A stretch of DNA of 63,528 nucleotides, filler included, from Reticulomyxa filosa (taxonomy: Eukaryota; Protista; Foraminifera), in the NCBI GenBank assembly GCA_000512085.1. It is 18 parts of 18 records of this genome, joined end to end, with 100 filler letters (N's around TTAATTAATTAA, not from the genome) between each part and the next. Parts side by side here need not be neighbours in the genome. Positions count along the whole stretch, not along the records: positions 13,846 to 19,815 come from ASPP01001190.1; positions 19,916 to 23,620 come from ASPP01022505.1; positions 23,721 to 25,245 come from ASPP01049495.1; positions 25,346 to 29,814 come from ASPP01027546.1; 14 more parts are not named here. One strand, given 5' to 3'. The position numbers were made by a program, and so were the translations under genes. This document shows, one piece after another, positions 13,846-25,499 of this stretch. How positions within the stretch are numbered: position 1 is the first letter of the stretch; each line of letters opens with the position of its first letter. The notes under the pieces were generated by a model that saw only the letters and a list, made by a program, of their open reading frames with translations, was not told where the DNA came from and made no database searches.

Positions 13846-16800
13846 AATAATAATAATAATAATAGTAATAATAATTATAATAATAATAATAACAATAATG
13901 AAGACATTATGCCACACACAGAAAAAGTTTCGAGTCATGGGAACACGAGACTTACCTCGCAAAAGTCCAACACATTCCCGGAAGAAGATCAAGTGATGGC
14001 CGTCACCGACAGCGCGCACCTGATTACGATGAAGGACCTCTATGGCGTCATCAACCGCAAGAACCGCGACACCATTGTCACCATCATCGACGTGTACTAC
14101 CGTGTCGTCGACGACTTCTTGCAACAGCGGAAGAGCAACCCTGCGCTCAACTTCGTGGACAGAGCTCCTCCTACCTTTGCCTTCCCCAAGCTGAGCGACA
14201 AGGAAACCAGTCAGAATAGTGATGAGCCACGCAATGGTCGAGTCTCCGACGTTGTTACGTCCATGTCGTCTTCTCGATCACCCTCTCCTTCAATCTCATC
14301 CACTACAACTACAGCTACAACTACAACTGCAACTGCAATTGCAACTGCGACGAAAACTGGGACAGGCACCACCTCTGCTTCTGGCTCCACTTCTTCCTCG
14401 GCATCTCCCACTGCACTGGCTCCATCCCGATGGACGGACGACGCAAAACAGAGTGCCGAGCCCCGCGCAGGCTCGCTGCGAGAAACTTTCGAGTTGTCAC
14501 CGCTGATAAAGTACACAAAGAAAGAGCACGAAGGAGATAATATCGCTCTCGGACGACAGGAACCAATGGAATCGTGGAGCAATCCGCAGAGACAGTGGCA
14601 CGACGTCTCTCAACGTCACTCAGAACAATGGTCCGGTCAAGCTCACGAAAAGATGGTGAAGCCATTGGAAAATATGACCGAACTGTTAATGCGTGCCAAA
14701 ACGAAGAGCACTCCTGAATTTTGGGAGTCTCCTGACAAGGATGCCGCCCAAGACTCGATCCACCATCGTCACGTTCCGCTCTGGCCGCACGACAAGAGTG
14801 CGTCAGAAGAAAAAACGTCATTTGCAAAGAGCGACGAGGACCTCAACGAAACGATTCTATTTACACAGGCGATGCCTTCCAGCATGAAACAACAGATACT
14901 TCGCTGCAAGCCGCCCAAAAAAAAAAGAGTGGCTCCACTCACGTGCATGCGGCCCCTGCCCATTCCAGACTTTGAAAACAACTTCAAGTGTCCGCTGTTC
15001 TACATCAGCGTCTCCAACTTGCAATTTAACGTTGAATCCACCGAAAAGAAAGTCTGCATGGTGCTCGGATTGGAGCAAATTATTGTTGATGGTCCCTAAC
15101 TTTCTTTTCTTAAAAAAATATGTACATCTATAATATATATATATATGTATATAATAAATAATAAAAAGGAACGTCTCATCATCTTGTAAATGCAATGAAA
15201 CAAAGCACAACGGAGGCGATGGAGCTACGTATACTCCTGAACGATGTGGAGGCATACGTAGCTCCAACGGATGTAGACCCCGACGTGCAGCTGTGGATCG
15301 ACCGCGACAAGATCGAGTCGCAGCGCAAAAAGATATTGCAAAGGATAATGTCTCCGAGCTCGGGGAGCATGCAGGTGGCGATGCGCACGCACAATGACGG
15401 GATGACGAAAGAGCGCACGCAGCAGATGGAGGCATTGCTCGCGCAAACGTCGCCGCGAATGAAGGCGAGCCGAGACAGTATGTCAGTGGATGAGCAGCAT
15501 GTTCATCGTTATCAGCGTCGACGTCAAAGTGTTCGGTTGGGTCAAACACAAAAAGAAATGAGTTTGGTGAGTATCACGTGGGAAAAGATCGAATGGCGTG
15601 TGAATTGTCACCAATTCCATGACTTGGTCAATGTGATCGAGACGGTATTGGTGCCTCCACTTCCGACTGCCGTCGAGCATTTGAGCGCGGAGTTGGAGCT
15701 CACGTCCAAGCATTGCTATCATCGCAATGTGCATTTGGACAATGTGCCTTCCTCCATTCTTAGCGAAATGGAAAAGGAAAAAGAGAAAAAAAGAGGCATG
15801 ACCGTGGCGACGTCGGCGACGACAGCTATGGCTGCAATGACGACGACAACAACAACAACAACAACAACAACAACGATGGAAAAGGACACCTGTGGCAGCG
15901 ACAGCAAAGAGGAACAGAAAACCAATGCGTTTTCTTCTGAAGACATAACGTATTTGTTCGAATTGCAGCACCGCTTAAAGAAGGACATTTCGTATAAAAA
16001 GTGGCTGCTGACACACTCCGACTATTTGAGCGAGACGCGCAAGGTGCACGCCACGCTGGTCCACAAGCTCGCCAGTGAGCTGCGCGAACAAGAGGCCGAG
16101 CTCAAGCAGATCCATAGCTCGTGGTCCATTCTGCTCGCCATTTTGCGCAGACACGAAGCCGAAATGCGTCCCTTTGATGAAAAGCTGCTCAATCTCTTCC
16201 TCGACGTCCAAATCGAGGAGATCGAAGTCGAGTTCGCCTTGCACAATGTGCCCTTCGTCAGCGTGCAGATACACGAAACCGAGTTGCAAGTCAACGAAAA
16301 CGAGGACTTGTCCGGCGACATTAAGTTGGAGATTTCAGAGTTGGTGGTGTGCAATTTGAAGGCAGTCATGGACCCCGATCTTGTAGAATGGAAACATGTT
16401 GTTACTTTTTGGAATAGTAATATGAATGAGTCAGGTTTTTTTTCCAAACCAAAAAAAAAAATAAATAAATATATATATATGTATATATGTATATAATATA
16501 TATATATATCGAGTTTAAAAAAAAAAAATGAATAACTATTTCTTTAAAATAAAATAAATAGAGCCGATCGATACTGCTGGCCAAGCCCTCGAACAACTAC
16601 GTCTGGATGAACAGGACAAGGAAAAAGCAGATTCTGATCCGCTAGCATCTCGCCAAAGCGATCGCAAGAAACGTGTGATGATACAGTTCCAAGCCAAACA
16701 TCGCTTTCTTCACGGCGTTCGCGAGTTGATGCGCGTGGAGGTCAACCTGGCGCCTTTGCAGGTCAAAGTGACGATGGATTTGATCGACGAATGCATCGAG

Positions 16801-17759
16801 TTCTTCAGTGGCTCCAACATTGCTCGACAACAAAAGTTAAGAGCCAAGGCCACGAAACGGCAGGCCAGACAGTACAACATGAGCGTCGAAAGTCTGCTGC
16901 ATACCGACGCTTCGCGGGCGGATCACTTTTCTCCCAATGTCAACGATGTCGAGGGAACCGATCAAGAATGGACGTTGGGAAATAGCTCACACAAATGGAG
17001 GGAATATGCGGAAGAGATCGTCTTCAAACGCGCACAAGAATTAGCGATCAAGACTTTGCGATTGGGACATTTGTATTTGCTGATTAACTTTACGTTAAAA
17101 AAAAAATAATAATAATAACAATAATAATTGTTTGGCTCCATCTTTTTCTTTCCCCTTCCCTTGCCACTTGCCATATGTTTAAACTGTCTTTCATTTGGTC
17201 ATACTCTTTTTTTTTTTTCAGCAAAGGAAAATCGACTCGTAAGATTGCAATGCCCCATGTCGATGGCTTGAAATTAATCCTTTCCAGTCGAACATACAGC
17301 GTTGATCCAAACGGCGATGAGAAATACTTGGACTTAAAAAATGTGATTGTGTTCCATTATTTGAAGGACTTGATGTTGCACCTTCCAAGCAGTTTCCTAA
17401 AACACAAGTTTTCTTGCTGGCTACGGGATTCCACTCAAGAAAACGATGACACTATTCATGGAAATAAGTCGGATCCGACACAACCCTTGACAAAACCATT
17501 GAACCTGGCAATCCTTACGACGCGCCAAGAGAGGTCACATGACGATGCCGCAGACAATTTCTTGCTCATGAAACAAAAGTTGCTGTATGGGACTCATCGA
17601 AGATCCTCCAAACCCAATGTCGACAGTCATGCCACAGATAATGGTCGTGAGGCAAAAGAAACACAGACGTCCAAAGGCTTTCGTAGCATCAAAACTTCCA
17701 AATGGCTCCCAGCCTTTGCAAGGAAAAAAAAGAAATCTGGAAAACATAATGACAAATAA
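13846..17759 (+). CDS. BLTP2: Bridge-like lipid transfer protein 2 (Hobbit/KIAA0100/SABRE/Fmp27 family), C-terminal part with Apt1 region; 5' end off contig
   Basis: Exons ..-15091, 15169-16434, 16562-17093 and 17222-17759 splice in frame (GT-AG). Motifs LQFNVESTEKK, VEAYVAPTDVDPDVQLW..ILQRIMSP (cf. plant SABRE QAHVAPTDVDPGAGLQW..LLERVFMP), HQFHDLVNVIETVLVP, VEVNLAPLQVKVT..IEFF (cf. KIAA0100 FEVNVVPLTIQLT..MGFFF). Confidence 0.85.
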
Positions 17760-18335
17760 TAAGCAATATTCTTGCAAAATATAACATAATGCATTGTCTC
17801 TTTCTGTGGTCCAAAAAATTCTCTTATGTCAATCATTGTCTTTCGTTCATCTTTTTTAACTAGTTTTATCCTTTGTTTTTTTAAATTTTATTGTTTTGGT
17901 TTTTGTTAGAGCTGCTCGAAAACAATATTTAACATTTCAGAATAGTATTTAGCCTTTCATTTGTTTGTGAAATGTTGTGCCGATGTTTCAGAAAATATAT
18001 TTTGGAGTTGTACTTGCTTACAAACTACTTAAAATAACTAGCCAGAGAACAAGAAAATAATCTGAAATTTTTCCTAATTGAAATTCAACATAAAGATAAA
18101 CAAATAAACGGCTTAAAGAAGTTGATTTTTTCAATTAATAAATCACCTTGCCTAATGGAACATATTGCATTCAACATAAAAATTACTATTTCTAGGGAAA
18201 ATCGATTATAAACTTAAAAATTTTCCAGAAAGAGCTTGAATATGTTTTCTTGTCGTAAAAAATATCGAATATAATAAATTTCAAAACATCTTTTAAAAAT
18301 TTTGTATCTTTTTAAATACACATTCAACAATACTA

Positions 18336-19815
18336 TAGTTGCGACAAAAAAAAATTAGCCAACACTAAAATATGAGCTTTTTGTGTTTCCAACGAAAATT
18401 TTAGTAAATTGTGATTATTTTTTCTGGTTTACTGGATATACGTTTACACTTTTATAAGTAGTTTGTAAAAACAATAAACAAAAATTTAGAAAATTGTTGT
18501 AAGAAAAAAAATTTTCAAAAATAGTTTTAAGTGGGTAGTTTTACTGTTGGACTTACTTTAGTTGCGGTCACAATTTTCAATATAAACTTTTCTTTTTCAA
18601 CATTCCAACAAATTTTTTGTTTTTATTGTTATTCTTTGGCTTCTGATCATGATTCACAAGCTGTCTGTAATACAACAAGGAATTTTATTTGAAATAACAC
18701 TTATGTAAGTGTCGTATCGTGAGGCTGGCCAGCAATTTGTGATGATCATCAACAGTGGAACGATTACACGCAAAAGAGGCTCTGGATGTCCTAAAACGTG
18801 GACTGATAGAGATTTTAGGCTTGCGAGTCGCTTAATTTACTCTATAAATCCACAAACATCATTAGATTTGCAGCGACTACTCGCAAGAACATATAAAAGA
18901 GCGTTCTACGTTAGCACTGTGAAAAATATTTTAAAATCCCAGGGTTTAAATGGTCGCATACGTGTCAAAAAGCCTAAGTTAACTAAGCGCCATAAAAAGT
19001 TAAGTTTAGATTTCGCCAAAAAACATAAATCATGGACCAAAAGTGGGTGGATAAAAGTGATTTTTTCCGATGAAACGAAAATAAATCGTTTCAGAATTGA
19101 CAGAAAATAATACTTTGGCGAAGACATAATGAAATGATTTCCGATCGTATTATTAAGCCTACTGTGAAAGGTGGTGGAGTAAACATGATGATTTGGGGAT
19201 GATGCAAAAATCACAGTAACTGTTAACTCTTAGTTGTATAAAGAGATTTTCGCGACGAAATTTGGAACTATCGTCAATATTGTCTAGAAGAAAAGTATCA
19301 GTATGACTTTATCTTTCAGCAAGACAATGCATCTTGTCACAAGTCAAATTCAAAAATGGAATTTTTTGAGAATAATCGAATAGCGCTCTTAGAACATCAT
19401 CAGCATAGCACAGACCTCAATCCAATCGAGAATATGTGACAAATTATAAAGATTAAGATCCACCAAAACAATTAGGTTAAATCTTTGGAGCAGCTTTGGG
19501 ATGCGTTTGAGAAAGAATGTGAAGATATTGACAAAAATATTTGTAGAACGTTGGTGGAATCCATGCATGATATGACAAAAGTTTTGATCAAAGCAATGGG
19601 TGTGCATACGAAATATTAAGAATTTTTGTTGGTGTTTTTTGTTTGTTTTTATTTGTTTGTAACGGTAGTTATTATATATCTACTGTGGAAGCATCTTCTT
19701 GTAAATAATTTTGTAAAAAGCAAATATATTCTGCTACCTACCCCAAGGTGATTTGGAGAATTACAATTATCCAACAATTTTCTAAATTTTTGTTTATTGT
19801 TTTTACAAACTACTT
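18336..19815 (+). mobile_element. Tc1/mariner (DD34E) DNA transposon, decayed, right end truncated by the contig break
   Basis: TA|tagttgcgacaaaa Tc1-like left end; perfect 44-bp inverted match between 18456-18499 and 19772-19815; transposase remnant inside. Confidence 0.9.
18649..19619 (+). pseudogene. Tc1 DD34E transposase pseudogene
   Basis: RGSGCPK, KKPKLTKRHKKLSLDFAKKH..W..VIFSDE, TVKGGG, FQQDNASCH-(34 aa)-DLNPIENM*, C-terminus IKAMGVHTKY*; several stops and frameshifts. Confidence 0.92.
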
Positions 19816-19915
19816 NNNNNNNNNNNNNNNNNNNNNNNNNNNNNNNNNNNNNNNNNNNNTTAATTAATTAANNNNNNNNNNNNNNNNNNNNNNNNNNNNN
19901 NNNNNNNNNNNNNNN

Positions 19916-19945
19916 AACAACAACAACAACAACAACAACAACACC

Positions 19946-19979
<34 letters not shown>

Positions 19980-20011
19980 TTCAGAATATGAACAACAACA
20001 ACAACAACAAC
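19916..20011 (+). repeat. (CAA)n microsatellite read as polyQ in the TAF6 frame
   Basis: From 19921 the frame reads Q7-H-Q11-HSEYE-Q6, continuous with the 20017 ORF. Confidence 0.9.
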
Positions 20012-20609
20012 ATTATTTGACACAGACTTTTGATACCAATCGAAACTCCTCCACTTTCTTAAATAGTGTCGTCATTGCTCATGAATTACACTGGGATGTT
20101 CGCATTCAGGCTGCCAGGGTCATATCGAAAATTGTGGATCATTTTGATGACAAGTATCCCCAGTTTCGACGCAAACTTCTCACCAAAATGTGCTCGGAGA
20201 TTCGAAATCCTCAGAGCAAGGTCGCCACGCTGTATGGCATTGTTTGCGCTTTGATCCACTTGGGCGTGGAGTCCATTGAACTTGTGCTCTTGCCCTTCGT
20301 CTGCGATCTTCTCAAGAAACTCTTGCTCAAAAAAGACTGCCTCATGACGATTATGACTGGGAGGCCGTCATTCGGCGCCATCACGAAATCGACTTGCTCA
20401 TCGATGTCATTCTTCAAGCCATTCATATTGTCTTTCATAACTTCAAACTCGATACTCAAACCTTACTTGCACGACCTCAACACAACTCTTCGCCGCTTCA
20501 TAACTCGGTTGCCAACTTTGAACAAATTTATCGCGACTTGCAAACCATCCTCGGCGAAAAACTTACTTTCTTTGAACTTCCTCCAACTCAATGCAACTAT
20601 CTTCTTTGA
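19916..20609 (+). CDS. TAF6: TFIID subunit TAF6 (or TAF6-like), C-terminal HEAT region; partial, one homopolymer frameshift
   Basis: HWDVRIQAARVISKI..YPQFRRKLLTK..ATLYGIVCALIHLGVESIELVLLP matches the TAF6 pattern HWxLRDFAA..TxYG.I.GL..LG...I..LILP. One extra A in the A6 run at 20329-20334 would join frame 20394-20609 (..LQTILGEKL..). Confidence 0.8.
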
Positions 20610-22305
20610 TCTCTCAAAAACTCTTGCAATCTTTTTTTTAAAAAAACATTCAACGAAACCATTTTTTTTTTTTTTAATAGACACAATGACTAAAAAGGTA
20701 ACAACCACAACAATTAAAATAAAATAGACTCTTCACATTTTTACTCATTTGCTGCCCTTTTGTCTTTTTACAATATTTACTCAAAATTTAACACGAAAAC
20801 TTTGTTCTACTTCTTTTTATTGAAAATTTTCACAAGAGCAAAGTGAAAAAATATGTTTTGATGTAGTTGCAAGTCAAATAACAAACAATACAATCAAACA
20901 CGAGAAAAACGGAACCCACTCCATCTATATGGAGCAATATGGACAAAGGGACATCACCAACTAATAAATGTTCACAAAATAATAATTTTTACTTTTCCAA
21001 TAAGAAAACTCAATTTTTTTTATTCACAATAAATTATGATACTAATTTTGTAATATGCCAACTGACAAACAATAATTGTATTCAAATGTTTAATCAGGAG
21101 ACTTTAAATAGTTTTTTATCCTTCAAACTAAATTAATGTTTCCGAATTGTTTGAAAATTTAAATAATTTATTAATTTTTGAAAGTTTTTGAGAAAAAGTC
21201 AACAGTTGTAATTGTATCGTAACAATGAAATTTGTCAACTTTCTTTAAGCATTTCAAAAAATATTCAGCAATAAATTTTTGCACTAACTTTTTCAAAAAA
21301 TAACAAGATTTTGTAATAGAAACGAAAAACAAAAATTTATTGAAAAATGTGTCAAAAATAAAAATAAATGACAGCAAAGTAATTTTATGTTTATGCTGTC
21401 ATAATTCAAACGAATATCTTTCAAATTTGATTTTTTTTATCGTTTGTTTTTTTTTACCATAGTATGAAAATATCAACAAGTCTCCATTTGCAAAGTCCAA
21501 CTATTTTTTCCACCACTAATGTTACTAGTCTTTCTTTTAAATTCAATAGAATCTTTCTAACATTCGATTTATTTTTGGATCGTAAATAGATTTAAATAGT
21601 TATTTCATTCACAAAATTTTTGCAATAAATTTTGCATATAAACTATGATCAATTGTCTGATATCACTATCTATTGAACACTATACTTGAGGGTATATTCA
21701 TTTACAAATGATATCACAATTTAATTTGCGTATTGTGCTTTTAGTGAAGTTGATGTCATATATAGTAAATATGTATATCATTTTCATAATGTAATGATAT
21801 ACACACTATGTTTGTGGTAATGTGCATACAATATATATGTTGATGCAGTCTGAAATGGTCTTGTTGATAGAAAATGTTGAATTTGGATTGTTTTACATGT
21901 CAAATATCAAAAGTACATGTTAATACAAATACAAACTTTGAAAATAGAGTTTTGTAGTTTTTGACCAGAATTTCATAGACATTACTTCTTATCTGATTTT
22001 TATGAACTGATTGCATGCATAATATTTGAATAATGAAGCCAAGTGATTCCAAGCTTATACTTTTTCATAGTCACAATTGCGTTGTGAAATATCAATGACA
22101 AAAAAATAAAAAATGATTTTTGAAAGAAAAAAAAATCAGAAACTTTTCTAGCCAAAATCTGCAGGGTGCAGTAAACCGTCGTTTAGCAGATAATAGTTAG
22201 CAAATGGAAACCAATCATTTTGAATTACCATTTCAGGTAGTTCAAAATATTATTATTGCTCTGGTCCCTTACCCTTTACAAAATTTCAATAAAAAATCAT
22301 TTTCA

Positions 22306-22785
22306 TTATACATAGATATAAAGTGGACCATTAGTTGCACTATAGCACAAACTCCAATCATATATATCTACTTTTTTCAATTTAATAAATTTGACACATG
22401 TTATCCCATAATATGGGTTATGTCCTTTAATTAAATATAATTCATTTTTATTTGATCGAATATCCCAAAAACGAATTGTATTATCAAATGATCCAGAACA
22501 TATCACATTAGAATTACCAATATTATTCTTAGTTGTAAATGGTGAATATTCGACAGATGATATAGTATTAAGATGTCCATTGAATAATTGAATTTGTTGA
22601 CCAGATCGAATATCCCATAAACGAACACTGTTATCATATGACCCAGACAGTATTAAATTTAATAATATATTTGGTCCATATTTTACAGTCCTTACATAAT
22701 TTGAATGTCCTTTAAATATATTTAATTGTTTAGTTGTTTCAATATCCAATATTCGAATGGTTTGATCATATGATCCAGAACACAT
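22306..22785 (-). pseudogene. WD40-repeat protein 3' fragment (last repeats of the expanded family)
   Basis: CSGSYDQTIRILDIETTKQLNIFKGH..LSGSYDNSVRLWDIRSGQQIQLFNGH..CSGSFDNTIRFWDIRSNK; paralogous to 28438-29534; upstream repeats absent. Confidence 0.9.
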
Positions 22786-22789
22786 TTTA

Positions 22790-23608
22790 TATTATGTTTG
22801 ACAGCGTAGTCTATATGTTGAGTCTGGCATAAAGCAATTGATCTCAACTTGATTTACACACAACAACAACAAAAAACAGATACATTTTATTTTATTTTTT
22901 AAAAAAAGGTTTAATTCCTTTTTTTTAAAAAAAAAAATTGATAAGTGTGGTGTGCTCGTAATACTCAAAGCTTGTTCATAATCTGCATGATAATCAGGAT
23001 ATTAATCTTCATACATTTCAAATTCAAGTATTCGGCATGCCATCATTCAACAGCGATTCGATCGTTTGTAGCAATAGCGTGAGCTTCTGCTTTTCATCTT
23101 GAGTCAGCACTCCGACTCCTTTGATCGACGTCGAAGAAGCAGAAGAGCATTCCCATCCTTCTTCGTTGGCTGATTCTGCTTGTTTGTTTTCATTGGCATT
23201 CGCTTCTATTTTGCTATCCTCGTCTTGTGTCTTCCCACTGCTTCCAGTGCCAGTGCTTTGATGAGTAGATGAGTAGTACGACTTTACCAATGCGGGAAGA
23301 AATTTGTATTCTATTGGCCAGAATCTTTCATGGATTCTTTGGATTATATCAATGCGATTTCGCAACTGTCGCAATTAATTGTCGTTTGCATATATACTCA
23401 ATGTCTCTGTTCATTTTTATGTTTATGTTTATGTTTATTTTTATGTTTATTTTTATCTTATAATTCACTTATTTCTATCATTTCTTTTTTCTTCATCCTT
23501 TCTTCTCAATCTATATCTATCTGTTTTTCTTACAAACTGTCGGCAGCTTGCTTGGCTTCTTCCACACGACTTAGATATGTATAACATTTAATTGCTCGGA
23601 GATGTGCC
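22790..23608 (-). pseudogene. TPR-repeat protein remnant (DNAJC7/TTC4-like pattern)
   Basis: AHLRAIKCYTYLSRVEEAKQAAD|KTLSIYANDN*LRQLRNRI and EYLNLKCMKINILIIMQ/DYEQALSIT resemble TPR helices; internal stop and frameshifts. Confidence 0.5.
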
Positions 23609-24247
23609 TATTTTAAACAANNNNNNNNNNNNNNNNNNNNNNNNNNNNNNNNNNNNNNNNNNNNTTAATTAATTAANNNNNNNNNNNNNNNNNNNNNNNN
23701 NNNNNNNNNNNNNNNNNNNNCATTCATTACTGTTGAGGAAAGGACGAACTTAAACATTATCAACATGAAATGTGATAGATTTAAATAAAAAAAATAACTT
23801 CAAAATTTTAATGAAAATGTTCTTGAATATATTATGAAACATTTTGAAATAACATAAACATATAAAATTAGAAATAAGAGTTTATGCAACAATTTGCAAT
23901 CCAAATGCGATCACTTAAGTGGAAATGTGGATATAATATTTGAAGACACGATATGTCCATTTACAACAATTTAAATTTGAAATAAAAGGGTGACAATATT
24001 TGGAATTACCCAATGACGATATCAATAAATATTTTTAATATGTGTGTTTATTTTGTTATAACAAACAAAATGATGTAAAACGTTTATTTTGTCAATAAAT
24101 ATTTAAAAAAATGATGCGGACGATATTTACAAACATCTTCCTCATTACCAAATTATTCAAGTAAATTGAAAAATATACTCTTTCTTCATTGTACCTTACA
24201 AGCGCCCATTAGTATTGAAAGACTTAGTTTATCAAAGATTGTTCTAT

Positions 24248-24777
24248 TTCAAAAGATCTTTCAAAAGTTATGTAAATCTTCAAAAGAAAACAGAAACAAC
24301 ATATTCAACAACAAAAAAACAATACAATACAACAACAAAACAACAAAACAATCAAACAAGAAAAGAAAAAAACAAAACAGCAAAAGAATAACAAACATTT
24401 TCTTAATCTTGTCATTTAGATTTTTAATGAAAAAAAAGTTATCTGGCCGAAGGTCAGCCATACTGTGAAGTATAACCATACAAGCATCGGTAAGTTCCAA
24501 ATAACACTTTAGTTATATCTACCTTTGAGGTAGTACTGAAGTCTATTAATTCACTAGTTCCTTACCTTATACAAATTTTCATGTATCAAACTTTTTTTAA
24601 TTTTTTTACACTGTTCAATTTTGTTTAATTTAGTCTAATTTCGTCTAATTTTGTCTTCTTTTTCTTTTTTTTCCAAAATATCTTTCCAAGCATTTTTTTC
24701 TTAAATCTTCTTTTTATAGTATATAAAGATCATTCAAAAGATCTTTCAAAAGTTGTGTAAATCTTCAAAAGAAAACA
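24248..24777. repeat. 45-bp direct repeat pair (24248-24292 / 24733-24777)
   Basis: ttcaaaagatctttcaaaagttRtgtaaatcttcaaaagaaaaca, 1 mismatch. Confidence 0.9.
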
Positions 24778-24847
24778 TAGATGTTATTTGTTAGAAAGTT
24801 TTTTAGAATTTATAATTTTTTAATTGTACGCAAATTTCTTTAATGAA

Positions 24848-25245
24848 TTAGAGTAAATGAATTACAGAAACAAAATCTTTGCTTAAATTTGATACACTTT
24901 TGCTTATTAATGGTTTTTTGCCATTATTAACAAATGGCAAACCATTATTTATAGTGTATGATGCTGCACGTTCGACAGCTGTTCGATTTTTGTATCTTTC
25001 TGAAAGAAACATACAAAATAAGTTGATGCTGTGATTGCAACAACGTCTTTCTAAAAAGTCATTCATTCTTTTTTTGTATTTTTGCTCATTGTTATTTTGA
25101 ATTTTCCATTGTCCAAATTCAAACAATAATCCAAATATTTCATTTGTATCTCTTTCATACCAATAGTCAAGTGCAACATAGATAAGATTTAAATCAATTT
25201 GATGATCCCACATTGCACTTATTTGCATAGTTTGTTGGATATACT
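24848..25245 (-). CDS. Hypothetical protein, C-terminal part (probably lineage-specific family)
   Basis: Open frame from the contig edge: ..LLFEFGQWKIQNNNEQKYKKRMNDFLERRCCNHSINLFCMFL..GLPFV; no known domain recognised. Confidence 0.55.
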
Positions 25246-25499
25246 NNNNNNNNNNNNNNNNNNNNNNNNNNNNNNNNNNNNNNNNNNNNTTAATTAATTA
25301 ANNNNNNNNNNNNNNNNNNNNNNNNNNNNNNNNNNNNNNNNNNNNTCAAGTTTTTTATTTTTTATCTTTGTAATGTTTGTGTTTTGTAGTAAACAACAAA
25401 GATTTCACTGCTGTTTAACTGTAGGGCTGAAGTGGAGATTGATGTCGTGCGGCCCTGACTTTTTCAAAAAGATAATCGACGACTTGTCCTTTGAAATAT

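Noticed and set aside
14211-16447. Many overlapping minus-strand and alternate-frame ORFs
   Set aside because: Shadow ORFs of the GC-rich BLTP2 exons.
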